This document shows positions 17,327-25,617 of a DNA stretch of 25,617 bases, in pieces; the stretch's first letter is position 1, and every line of letters starts with the position of its first letter. A program made the position numbers and the translations under genes. Where the stretch lies: positions 1-25,617 of the forward strand of contig JBHIAT010000036.1 in the NCBI GenBank assembly GCA_046758705.1. Reading direction: 5' to 3'. The stretch is from Candidatus Bipolaricaulia bacterium (lineage in GTDB: Bacteria; Bipolaricaulota; Bipolaricaulia; JBHIAT01). The notes under the pieces are model-generated. The model saw only the letters and a list, made by a program, of their open reading frames with translations, did not search any database and was not told the origin of the DNA.

Positions 17327-18457
17327 ATGAAACTCACAAAAACCGAGGTATTCCTGACAAAGATCCCCGTTATCCGGGCTCACAAGATGGCCATAGGGAC
17401 AACGCTCCATCAAGAGTGCGTTTTTGTGAAACTGTTCGCCGATAACGGTATTTATGGATGGGGTGAAGCCCCTCATATGGTGCGACATTCAGGATTCGGG
17501 GAAACACAGCAAACGGTCGCTTCAACCTTGAGGGATTTCCTGCTGCCGGTCGTTTTAGGTCAGGAAGCGACTGAAATGGAAAACCACCAGATCAACATGG
17601 ACAAGGCCGTTCCCTGGAACTACCGAGCCAAAAGCGCAGTGAATATCGCGCTGTATGATATTTTGGGGAAATGGTTAGACACCCCTGTCTACAATGTCCT
17701 CGGCGGAAAATGTCGTGATCGCGTTCCGGTGAGCTGGTCCATACCGATCACCGACTTCACCGCTGGGGTTCAAGAAGCCCAACAGATGATCGCTGAGAAA
17801 GAGTTTAAGATTCTAAAGGTAAAGGTCGGCAGAGAGGATGCGATGGAAGATGTAGAGATGGTCAAACGTATTCGAGAGTCGGTCGGGAAGGATATCAGGC
17901 TTAGAGTGGATGCCAACCAAGCGTACGATGTGAAGACCGCTATTCGTGTTGCAAACGCCATCGGTGAATTCGACGTAGAGTTCTTTGAGCAACCCGTCTC
18001 TCGATATGACTTGGAGGGACTTGCCTTGGTGAACAAAAGCAGCCCAGTTCCAATTATGGCAGACGAATCGGCTGATTTGCCTTGTGATGTCTATGAGATC
18101 ATTCGCCATCGGGCAGCCGATATCATCAGTGTATATACCAACAACGCTGGGGGGCTCCTTAACGCCAAGAAGATGATCGCCGTGGCAGAGACAGCGGACT
18201 TAGGGTGTTATAACGGTGGAGCTCTAGAAGGGCCAGTTGGAACAAGCGCGTGCCTCCATCTGGTTGCTTCTTCTCCATCGATGACTTACGGAATGGAGAA
18301 GGGGGGAGAATGGCTGCTGAAGGAAAACATCAGCCAGGAGCCGATAAAATTTGAGGATGGATCCTTCATTGTTCCGGATGTACCCGGGCTTGGTGTTGAA
18401 TTGGACCAGGCGAAAGTTGATCGTTATTTGATCGATCGTTTTGAAGTAACAATCTAA
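17327..18457 (+). CDS. muconate cycloisomerase/mandelate racemase family enzyme (paralogue B)
   Basis: KVK, VDANQ, EQP, MADE; TKIPVIRAHKMAIGTT and RVDANQAYDVKTAI are identical to 5498-6625. Confidence 0.9.
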   Translation: MKLTKTEVFLTKIPVIRAHKMAIGTTLHQECVFVKLFADNGIYGWGEAPHMVRHSGFGETQQTVASTLRDFLLPVVLGQEATEMENHQINMDKAVPWNYRAKSAVNIALYDILGKWLDTPVYNVLGGKCRDRVPVSWSIPITDFTAGVQEAQQMIAEKEFKILKVKVGREDAMEDVEMVKRIRESVGKDIRLRVDANQAYDVKTAIRVANAIGEFDVEFFEQPVSRYDLEGLALVNKSSPVPIMADESADLPCDVYEIIRHRAADIISVYTNNAGGLLNAKKMIAVAETADLGCYNGGALEGPVGTSACLHLVASSPSMTYGMEKGGEWLLKENISQEPIKFEDGSFIVPDVPGLGVELDQAKVDRYLIDRFEVTI

Positions 18458-18466
18458 GGAGGATCA

Positions 18467-19483
18467 ATGATGGACTTTGGGTTCTGTGGCGGCTACAACT
18501 TGGAAACCGAAGAGATCAACCAACTCGTTCGCGAAGGTGAGGAGTTGGGCTTCGATTATTACTGGATGCCGGATCAAACCTTTTTTAAGGATCCGTTTGT
18601 CATCCTGACACGGCTGGTGGATATCACCTCGTATATCAAACTCGGGATTGCCGTAACCAATCCCTACACTCGACATCCAGTTCAAGTCGCTCGAGCGATC
18701 GGGACACTTAACCATATCTCTCGAGGAAGGGTGTCGCTCGGACTAGGAGCCGGAAATCGGAAGCAGCTTTTAGAACCGTTAGGCATGAGACAATCGAAGC
18801 CGGCGATTGCTTGCCAGGAGGCAACCCAGATCATTCGGAAGTTGGTTACCGGGGAGACCGTGACATTCCAAGGGGAGTTTTTCTCAGTGACCGGGGTCAG
18901 GTTAGAATTTCCGGTAGAATCTGCTCCTCCCGTCCTCATGGCCGGAAGAGGTCCTATGACCCTTCAAAAAGCAGGTGAGGTTGCAGATGGAGTCATCATC
19001 GGTGGGCTTGTTGCTAAAGTGGGTCTACAGTATGCCTTCAGAAATATACGCAACGGACTTTCAACATCCACACAACCCAACAAGGATTTCTACAAAGTGA
19101 GCTGGGTCACGGCTCAACTCACTGAAGATCCGGAACAAGCGATGAAGGAAGCGAAACCGATCATCGGTCACATCATAGGAGGCGCTCCATCGCAGGTGCT
19201 CAACGCTTTGAAGATCGATCAGGGAAGGCAAGAAAGGTTGAAAGCGGCTTACGCACAAGGAGGACCACAAGCAGCGGCAGATTATGTGACCGATACGGAA
19301 GTAGATATGTTCAGTATTATTGGTCATGCCGAAAAGTTCATCAAAAAGATCAAGCTGCTCAGTGAGTTTGGCATTGATCAAATTTCACTTCTGCTTGGAC
19401 CCAGATCTTTGACCGACACACTGAAGTTCCTCGAAAGCTTCTCGGATCAAGTGATGGCCAAAATCAATTGGACACAACTGTGA
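18467..19483 (+). CDS. LLM-class (luciferase-like) flavin- or F420-dependent oxidoreductase, Mer-like
   Basis: EELGFDYYW.PD, LGIAVTNPYTRHP, SRGRVSLGLGAG, AGRGPMTLQKAGEVADG; AAGGAGG RBS. Confidence 0.88.
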   Translation: MMDFGFCGGYNLETEEINQLVREGEELGFDYYWMPDQTFFKDPFVILTRLVDITSYIKLGIAVTNPYTRHPVQVARAIGTLNHISRGRVSLGLGAGNRKQLLEPLGMRQSKPAIACQEATQIIRKLVTGETVTFQGEFFSVTGVRLEFPVESAPPVLMAGRGPMTLQKAGEVADGVIIGGLVAKVGLQYAFRNIRNGLSTSTQPNKDFYKVSWVTAQLTEDPEQAMKEAKPIIGHIIGGAPSQVLNALKIDQGRQERLKAAYAQGGPQAAADYVTDTEVDMFSIIGHAEKFIKKIKLLSEFGIDQISLLLGPRSLTDTLKFLESFSDQVMAKINWTQL

Positions 19484-19519
19484 CAGGTCTACGGTGAGCG
19501 GACGGAGGCAAACACATCC

Positions 19520-19690
19520 ATACTGAGACCGAAAAGGGCCTCACCGGACGCAAGCGCGATAAAAAGATCCGTTTTGCTTGTTGCCACATTGAGCTCTTTC
19601 CTAACATCTTTTATGGCCTCCTCTGTCAACATCGCACTTCCCCCAATTGGGAACGAATTCTCAACGAATGCCGTCCTGTTAAGTTGGAAG
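19520..19690 (+). pseudogene. N-terminal fragment of a DHA2/EmrB-QacA-type MFS transporter
   Basis: KRSVLLVATLSSFLTSFMASSVNIALPPIGNEF...LLSW matches the first helix of DHA2 MFS proteins; similarity stops after W; no ATG follows the GGAGG at 19504. Confidence 0.7.
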
Positions 19691-19694
19691 GATA

Positions 19695-19736
19695 TTAGGC
19701 CGAAACGATCTCATAGCAGACCAGCTGTAGCCCTTC
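19695..19736 (-). pseudogene. remnant of a second helicase C-terminus (EGLQLVCYEIVSA*)
   Basis: 19707-19730 gatctcatagcagaccagctgtag matches 20370-20393 gatctcatagcagaccatctgtag at 23 of 24 nt; the intact helicase ends EDLQMVCYEILVTEE*. Confidence 0.7.
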
Positions 19737-20343
19737 TCAAACACAAATGCCTCTCAATCTTGGTGATGGTGAGACCATAAACAGCCTCGGCTCCTCCTTG
19801 GCAAATGACTCTTCCAATCTCGTTGATGGTGGCTCCTGATTGATATAGATCATCTAAGACGATAATGGAACTCCCTTGAACGCTCTCTTGTAGCCGGAAG
19901 GCTCCGTAAACGTTCTCGATCTTCTCTTCAGGTGTATGGCACTCCTTTTGGGGTTTGATTTCCCTGATTTTCCTGATCCAGTGGGTTCCGTTGATCTTTC
20001 CGATCCTCTCACAAACCCTTTCAGCAAGGTAGATTGGAAGGTCGAAGGGCTTGTCTTGGATTGTAGGGGGCACGGGGATGATGGCATCTGCCATTTCGTA
20101 GGTTGGATGCTTTTCAATAAATTCTACCAACAGAGGTACGATCTGATCAGCTTTCCGTTTACTGCCAGGACTAGAGGGACTATAGGGTTTCGCTTCATAG
20201 ACGAGCCGGCCAAGTTGAGTAAGTTGGTGGCCACCTGCTCCGTCACTCATGTGCTCCCCTAAAGCATAGGTCTCATCCAAATCGTCCTCGATGTAAACAG
20301 CGTGGGACGATAGCTCATGGTCTACATAACTTTCTCTAAGCAA
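19711..20343 (-). pseudogene. 5'-truncated second copy of the ComF-type phosphoribosyltransferase
   Basis: Near-identical to residues from about 72 to the end of 24517-25308 (IIVLDDLYQSGAT). Lacks the N-terminus and an RBS; 4 extra nt near the 3' end move the stop. Confidence 0.75.
19747..20316. repeat. diverged direct repeat, copy 2 (570 bp; partner 24523-25092)
   Basis: Colinear, equal-length match from atgcctctc to gtgggac.atag.tc, with scattered substitutions. Confidence 0.85.
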
Positions 20344-20351
20344 GCTTTATG

Positions 20352-23300
20352 TCACTCCTCTGTAACAAGGATCTCATAGCAGACCATCTGTAGATCCTCT
20401 GCTTCGATCTGCTCGAGTGTAGGTTTAACGATCTGGCGATAGAGCTCGTGCTCCACGAAGAAGGCATCTAACGATTCTGCCAAAGCGCTTGCATCTTCAT
20501 CCTCCTGGAAGTTAGCCCATATGCTTTTAAGAGTAGGGTCTCGCTCAAAAGGTTTAAGAGGGATCTCTTCAAGTACCTGATTCAACCGGCCACGGAGTTC
20601 CTCCGGTATCTCTTCTGAGGGCGGTTCCCGGTTCAGGGTGTTGTAGAACTTAAGATTGAACCCTTTGAGAGGTTCGCGAATCTTGCGGCGGGCGACTTGG
20701 GTGCTCAGATCAGCCAAGATCTCTTGGGTAGCCCGTTCCAAGAGCGGGAAGATCGATTCCCGGCTGAAGCCCTCCGGAAGAGATCGCTCCGTCTCCGGTG
20801 AGCATTGGATCCAGTGGAACAGCTTTCGCTTGTCGGTAATCGCCTTCGGCGGCCCATCCTTGGCCTCGGTGAATGGGTAGAAACGCCAGAAATGGCGATC
20901 ACGGGCCTGAAAGGCGAAGAACACCCCCGAGACCTCAGCGCGCTTTCCACTATGGATCCCCAGAGGAATCTCTTTGATCCGATCCTCTCCCAATTGCTGA
21001 AGACAGGCGATCAGGGGCAGCTTCATCTCATCAACGGAAATGAGCTCCGAAACCTGCTCCAGTTCCTCAACCAACTGTTGGTCTCTGGCTTTCAACCGTT
21101 TGAGATCCTCTAACGACTTCGGGGAGATGGTCTCACCCAGAACACTGGCGTCCAAACCGACGGTGCGATCGATGTCTGCAATACGATCCTGGAGTCGGTT
21201 GACCAAGCCCAGGAGTTCCTCTAGATCCTCTTCGGGGAAGAAGTTGTAGATGGTGATCTGCTCATAATCCGACCCCAATCGGTCGATGCGCCCAGCTCGC
21301 TGGATCATCCGTACTGGATTCCAGTGAAGATCGTAATTGACACAGACTCCGGCATCCTGAAGATTCTGGCCTTCGGAGAGCACATCGGTGCTGATCAGAA
21401 TCTGAATCTCCTCCCGCCGCAGTGCCCGGCGTTCTTCCTGCTGCTCCTCGGTCGTATTGGAGCGGGGGGCAAACCGTCTGACCAAGCGCTCCCGCTCCCT
21501 CGGAGCAGTGTCCCCGGTGATCAGGCCGATCTTGTCTCCACGGCAACCGGCCTGCTTCTGCCAATCCACGTCCTCAGAGAGGCTCCTGTACAGGTATTTA
21601 GCAGTATCTTGATAGTAGGAAAACAGGATCAACTTCCTCTCCTCCAACTCCGTGACCAGCAGGCTTTTCAAACTCTCCAGCTTCGCATCTCTGCGAGGGT
21701 CCTCCTGGGTGACTCTCTGGATCTTGTTCAACCGGTCCAGCAGGCTGTCGAAGATACTCAGATCGGTCTCCAGATGGCGGCGAATAGCTCGCAGGTCGTA
21801 GTCAGCCACCGAAACGGTAGACAGGGATTCGATCAGCTGATCGATGGTGGTATCGGGGCGTTCCTCAGTCTCCAAAGCCAAGATCTTTCGATAATCCGCC
21901 GACGAGAGCAGCCTATTCTCCAACAGGAGTGCAAAGAAGCGCCTCTGGAAGCGTTGCTGGTTGTGGATGCTTTTGGCAAACGCCCGGACCGAACTCTCCA
22001 GACGCTTGAGCCATAGAGTTTTTAGGATACCTATTAACGCATTGTTACGATCTACGGTCAGTTTTTCACTGTCTCGTTTGAATTGTTCGATGTTGTAAGC
22101 CACCAGGCTTAACGCCTCGATCTCAGCGGCGATCTCCTTGTAAAATCCTTGGTAAGCTGCTTCCAGATCGTAACTCACCGACTCCAACTCGCGCTCTGGG
22201 AAGCGTATCTCACCCTTGCCAGGCAGGATGACCTTCTCTCCGGCCCCCTGCCGTTTCCTGATATCATAGCGACTGCGGCGCACCGTGGTCTCCTCCAGAA
22301 GGTCGAAGATTTCAGCCGCTCCCTGATCAACCCGGCGAAAGAAGCCTTGCAGGTTGCTGATCCCCCAATCGTTGAAGTAGGTGTCCGATCCCCGAGTGAT
22401 GAGCATCAACTGATGGTAAAGATCCCAGATGGTATTGTTGATTGGGGTGGCAGTGATCAGCACAACAAGCTTATTCCGATTGCCGGTTGCGATCAGTCTA
22501 GCCAGATGTTGATGCCGCTGGGTCACCGGGTTGCGGAAGTTATGACACTCATCGACGAGCACCAGATCATGGTTCCGAAACGCTTTCCACTCGAAGTCCC
22601 GGCGACCGATCTCCTCCTGGGAGCGGATCTCGGCCTTGAGCCCGTACTCGCTCAGCTTGGGTTCCCAAAGCAGCTCACGGAGCTGCGCCGGACAGATGAC
22701 CAGGCCTTTGGGGATATGGCCAGGACGGCGCCGCTTCAGCAAATAATGCTCTAAGAGCCCCATGCCGATATAGGTCTTGCCTAGGCCGACGGCATCGGCG
22801 ATCAGCACGCCACGATGCCGGTTCAAGATGCGGATCGCTTCTTGAAGCCCCTCCTGCTGAAACGAGGCGAGATCGACCCCGATATACTCCTGTGCCGCCT
22901 CAGGCAGAAGACGCCCTTTGAAATACTCGTAGAGGACCTTGATGAAGAGTTCGTAGGGGGTATAGGGCTTGCTGCCGAACTTGGAGGCCTCCAGGATATC
23001 GATCAACGCATCCTTATACTCCTCGGCCTCCGCCCAGAAGTCGTCGAACCAATCCCGGAGGGAGTCAGCCACAGCCCGTTCTTTGCGTACCAGGTTGAGC
23101 TCGGAGTTTCGCGTCAGACCATAGGGGGTGAAGTTGCTGGAACCGACGATCGCTAACTCATCGAAGATATACGCCTTCGCGTGCAGGAACGACTTTCGGA
23201 ACAGTTTCGCATCGACCGAGTCACGCTTCAAAAATGCGAGGAACTCGTCGATCATGCGGGCGTGTTTAGGATCGAAAGGGAGAACTTCCAGATCGCCCTG

Positions 23301-23468
23301 GAGCTTCCTTCGGTAGAACTTTTTCAGGTCGATCCGGTCCCCACCGTAGTCGTAATCCGGTTGCCTGCCGATCAGCAGCCGGAACTCCTCGCACAATCTC
23401 CTTTCCAGACGTGCCAAGCCCTTCTCTGCAAGGCTGCTCTCCTTCTTCACCTGCTCAATATTGAACAT
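20352..23468 (-). CDS. SNF2-like (SF2) helicase with an N-terminal phospholipase D-like nuclease domain
   Basis: LHAKAYIF...IVGSSNFT..GL..NSELN (PLD-like); ADAVGLGKT (Walker A), DECHNFRN, TATP, FSYYQDT, STDVLSEGQNLQ, YDLHWNPVRMIQRAGRIDRLG. Confidence 0.9.
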   Translation of the reverse strand: MFNIEQVKKESSLAEKGLARLERRLCEEFRLLIGRQPDYDYGGDRIDLKKFYRRKLQGDLEVLPFDPKHARMIDEFLAFLKRDSVDAKLFRKSFLHAKAYIFDELAIVGSSNFTPYGLTRNSELNLVRKERAVADSLRDWFDDFWAEAEEYKDALIDILEASKFGSKPYTPYELFIKVLYEYFKGRLLPEAAQEYIGVDLASFQQEGLQEAIRILNRHRGVLIADAVGLGKTYIGMGLLEHYLLKRRRPGHIPKGLVICPAQLRELLWEPKLSEYGLKAEIRSQEEIGRRDFEWKAFRNHDLVLVDECHNFRNPVTQRHQHLARLIATGNRNKLVVLITATPINNTIWDLYHQLMLITRGSDTYFNDWGISNLQGFFRRVDQGAAEIFDLLEETTVRRSRYDIRKRQGAGEKVILPGKGEIRFPERELESVSYDLEAAYQGFYKEIAAEIEALSLVAYNIEQFKRDSEKLTVDRNNALIGILKTLWLKRLESSVRAFAKSIHNQQRFQRRFFALLLENRLLSSADYRKILALETEERPDTTIDQLIESLSTVSVADYDLRAIRRHLETDLSIFDSLLDRLNKIQRVTQEDPRRDAKLESLKSLLVTELEERKLILFSYYQDTAKYLYRSLSEDVDWQKQAGCRGDKIGLITGDTAPRERERLVRRFAPRSNTTEEQQEERRALRREEIQILISTDVLSEGQNLQDAGVCVNYDLHWNPVRMIQRAGRIDRLGSDYEQITIYNFFPEEDLEELLGLVNRLQDRIADIDRTVGLDASVLGETISPKSLEDLKRLKARDQQLVEELEQVSELISVDEMKLPLIACLQQLGEDRIKEIPLGIHSGKRAEVSGVFFAFQARDRHFWRFYPFTEAKDGPPKAITDKRKLFHWIQCSPETERSLPEGFSRESIFPLLERATQEILADLSTQVARRKIREPLKGFNLKFYNTLNREPPSEEIPEELRGRLNQVLEEIPLKPFERDPTLKSIWANFQEDEDASALAESLDAFFVEHELYRQIVKPTLEQIEAEDLQMVCYEILVTEE

Positions 23469-23520
23469 GGGCTTATTTATACAATGTAATCGTTTATATT
23501 ATCTTTTTCCCTCTTCCAGC

Positions 23521-24504
23521 TTACAATCTCAAAGGCAGTTGTCGATCCTCCCTGTGATGTTCTGTCTTATCCTCATCTTGTTGTAGCTTGAGGAGTTTTA
23601 GTACCTCTCCAATTTCTACTTCATACATACCGTCCTTCTCTCTCGCATGAATAGGGATCGCTCCTTTGCGAAGAAGAATTTGGTTGCCCACAGCATTTTT
23701 CTCGTCCCCATCTAATTGAATCACAAACAGTTTCTTCTCCTGTTTGAGGGCGATCATTGCCTCGTTCATCGTGCCACTTTTTTCTTGGGCTTCAATCACA
23801 AGGACCGCCTCCGATAAAGCGCTCACAACCTTATTGCGTTCCATAGCTCCTGAAACTGTCCAGCTTTGATTCGGAGGGAACTGAGAAAGGATAAGATAGT
23901 TATTATCTTTCAGGTAAGGCTTCAATAGTTTCTTGGCCTTGAATTGTTTGATCCCATAGCTCAAAACGATCGTGGTCACACCGTGACCCATCAGGGAACC
24001 AAGATGGGCTTGGGTATCAACTCCTTTGGCATATCCACTGATGATGTTGACTCCCTGTTGACCAAGGATCTCTCCGCATCGCCTGGAGATTTTCAGCCCT
24101 GCTTCCGATGCATCGCGTGAACCGACAACGGCCACTCCAACTCGATACAGGATATTCAGATTCCCCCAACAGGAGAGCAACGGAGGAACTTCATCTTTCA
24201 ATGTGCGGAGGATCTTCTTAGGATAGTCAGGACTATCTGAGGCGAGAATTTTCACACCCCTTTTTTGAAGTTGAGTAACTATCTGTTTAAACTTTGTGAA
24301 ATTATTTTTTTGTTCATCGATATCCTGAGCAAGTTTTCTACTAAGAGGATATTTTTTCTGCTTATCATTCAATGAAAGATCGAAGAATTCTTTCATGGAT
24401 AGATGATACCTTCGATTCGTTTGATATATTTTGTTAAAGATCTTGTCCCCCACTCCCTGAACGCTTCTCAGAGCAACCCAGTAAACAAGTGCATCTGTCT
24501 CCAT
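23521..24504 (-). CDS. dprA: DprA/Smf-like Rossmann-fold protein (ShosA-like context)
   Basis: DYP..L, PP.L...GN, VAVVGSR, ISGYAKGVD..AH, AMERNKVVSALS, EAQEKSGT; the AGGAGG RBS overlaps the upstream stop. Confidence 0.88.
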   Translation of the reverse strand: METDALVYWVALRSVQGVGDKIFNKIYQTNRRYHLSMKEFFDLSLNDKQKKYPLSRKLAQDIDEQKNNFTKFKQIVTQLQKRGVKILASDSPDYPKKILRTLKDEVPPLLSCWGNLNILYRVGVAVVGSRDASEAGLKISRRCGEILGQQGVNIISGYAKGVDTQAHLGSLMGHGVTTIVLSYGIKQFKAKKLLKPYLKDNNYLILSQFPPNQSWTVSGAMERNKVVSALSEAVLVIEAQEKSGTMNEAMIALKQEKKLFVIQLDGDEKNAVGNQILLRKGAIPIHAREKDGMYEVEIGEVLKLLKLQQDEDKTEHHREDRQLPLRL

Positions 24505-24516
24505 CGTCAGAACCTC

Positions 24517-25308
24517 CTAAACATGCCTCTCGGTTTTGGTGATCGTAAGACCATAAACAGCTTCAGATCCTCCTTGCCGAATGACTTTTCCGACCTCGTT
24601 GATGGTGGCTCCCGATTGATATAGATCATCCAAGACGATAATGGAACTCCCTTGGATGTTCTCTTGCAGCTGAAAGGCTCCATAAACATTCTCGATCTTC
24701 TCTTCGGGTGTATGGCACTCTTTTTGGGGTTTGGTTTCCCTGATTTTCCTGATCCAGTGGATCCCATTGACCTTTCTAGTGCTTTCACAAACCTTTTCAG
24801 CAAGGTAGGTTGGAAGGTCGAAGGGCTTGTCTTGGATTGTAGGGGGCACAGGGATGATGGCATCTGCCATTTCGTAGGCTGGATGCTTTTCAATAAATTC
24901 TACCAACAGAGGTACGATCTGATCAGCTTTCCGTTTACTGCCAGGACTAGAGGAACTATAGGGTTTTGCTTCATAGACGAGCTGGCCAAGTTGAGTTCTT
25001 TGGTAACCACTTGCTCCGTAACTACCGTGCTTCTCTAAAGCGTAGGTCTCGTCCAAATCGTCCTCAATGTGAAGGTGGTGGGACAATAGTTCCAGGAAAT
25101 CCTTGAGTCTTTGCTCATCATCGAGGTGGTGGATATAGGTTCCCCATTCAAAGGGGGCGGTTCGAGCGGGGAAGCTTCTTGTGAAGGTACATTCTGGAAA
25201 CGCACGAGAAAGAATCTTTTTATAAAGAGAATCTCCCTCAATCAAGATCAGTAATCCTGCTCCGAACCCTGACTCGACTTTCCAGTTCTGGACTTTGGTT
25301 AGCTTCAT
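24517..25308 (-). CDS. ComF-like phosphoribosyltransferase domain protein
   Basis: IIPVPP, QK......ENVYGAF, PRPP-binding loop IIVLDDLYQSGAT; start overlaps the upstream stop (ATGA). Confidence 0.85.
   Translation of the reverse strand: MKLTKVQNWKVESGFGAGLLILIEGDSLYKKILSRAFPECTFTRSFPARTAPFEWGTYIHHLDDEQRLKDFLELLSHHLHIEDDLDETYALEKHGSYGASGYQRTQLGQLVYEAKPYSSSSPGSKRKADQIVPLLVEFIEKHPAYEMADAIIPVPPTIQDKPFDLPTYLAEKVCESTRKVNGIHWIRKIRETKPQKECHTPEEKIENVYGAFQLQENIQGSSIIVLDDLYQSGATINEVGKVIRQGGSEAVYGLTITKTERHV
24523..25092. repeat. diverged direct repeat, copy 1 (570 bp; partner 19747-20316)
   Basis: Same alignment as copy 2. Confidence 0.85.
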
Positions 25309-25544
25309 AGCGTCAATAATTCTCGGTTGAAAAATCCACGTATTTCTAGACCACGTGGAAATCTTTTCCTTAATTGGTAAATTATTTGTTTCAATTTCTC
25401 CTTATTCTCCAGTTTAGTTGTATCACTTGTCGAAACTGAGCATTCTACAAGATCAAGTAAAGGGCGTCTACTTTCAAAGGCATAGAGGCAAACCACATCA
25501 ATTTCCCCAGGTGGTTTGACAGTTTCCACACTAGTACTACAACG
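25305..25544 (-). pseudogene. probable C-terminal fragment of an upstream gene, possibly PD-(D/E)XK nuclease-like
   Basis: Frame is coupled by ATGA to the PRTase; GEIDVV...LVECS spacing resembles nuclease motifs II/III; in-frame TAA at 25545-25547 and no clear RBS. Confidence 0.4.
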
Positions 25545-25617
25545 TTACCTTGTCACAAGCCCTCCAGTCGCTCCAACGTGCGCTTACGATGGGACAGGTA
25601 AGCGGCATAGTTCTGCT

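Noticed and set aside
20656-23489. Several plus-strand ORFs opposite the helicase
   Set aside because: Shadow frames of the helicase codon pattern.
23521-25308. Reading dprA and comF as the natural-competence locus
   Set aside because: AT-richer composition, no ComF zinc-ribbon cysteines, and a defence-type neighbourhood argue against it.
25578-25617. GTGCG as a possible group II intron 5' end
   Set aside because: Only a 5-nt match, with no supporting domain structure in view.
1-25617. CRISPR array, integrase, transposase, rRNA
   Set aside because: No regularly spaced repeats, recombinase or transposase motifs, or rRNA-like sequence seen.

Overview
Mosaic bacterial window with four blocks. 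(1) 1-1430: AT-richer accessory remnant. It holds a 5'-truncated type IIG-like restriction-modification gene (TaqI-like C-terminal part), a degenerate tRNA-like gene (Val UAC anticodon on an Ala-type acceptor stem) and a small hypothetical gene behind a consensus sigma70 promoter. (2) 1764-5460: GC-rich, host-like genes for a geranylgeranyl-reductase-family enzyme, a membrane TPR protein and mannose-1-phosphate guanylyltransferase. (3) 5498-19483: a divergently transcribed catabolic cluster. The triad M24 hydrolase / opine dehydrogenase / muconate-cycloisomerase-like enzyme occurs once in each arm. The cluster also encodes a FadR-type regulator with a matching operator, an MmgE/PrpD protein, a peptide-type ABC importer (circularly permuted binding protein, no ATPase gene) and an LLM oxidoreductase. 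(4) 19695-25617: a minus-strand defence-like block (nuclease-like fragment, ComF-type PRTase, DprA, PLD-SNF2 helicase, second partial PRTase copy) whose edge truncates an MFS gene. All product calls come from motif recognition by eye; no database searches were run.
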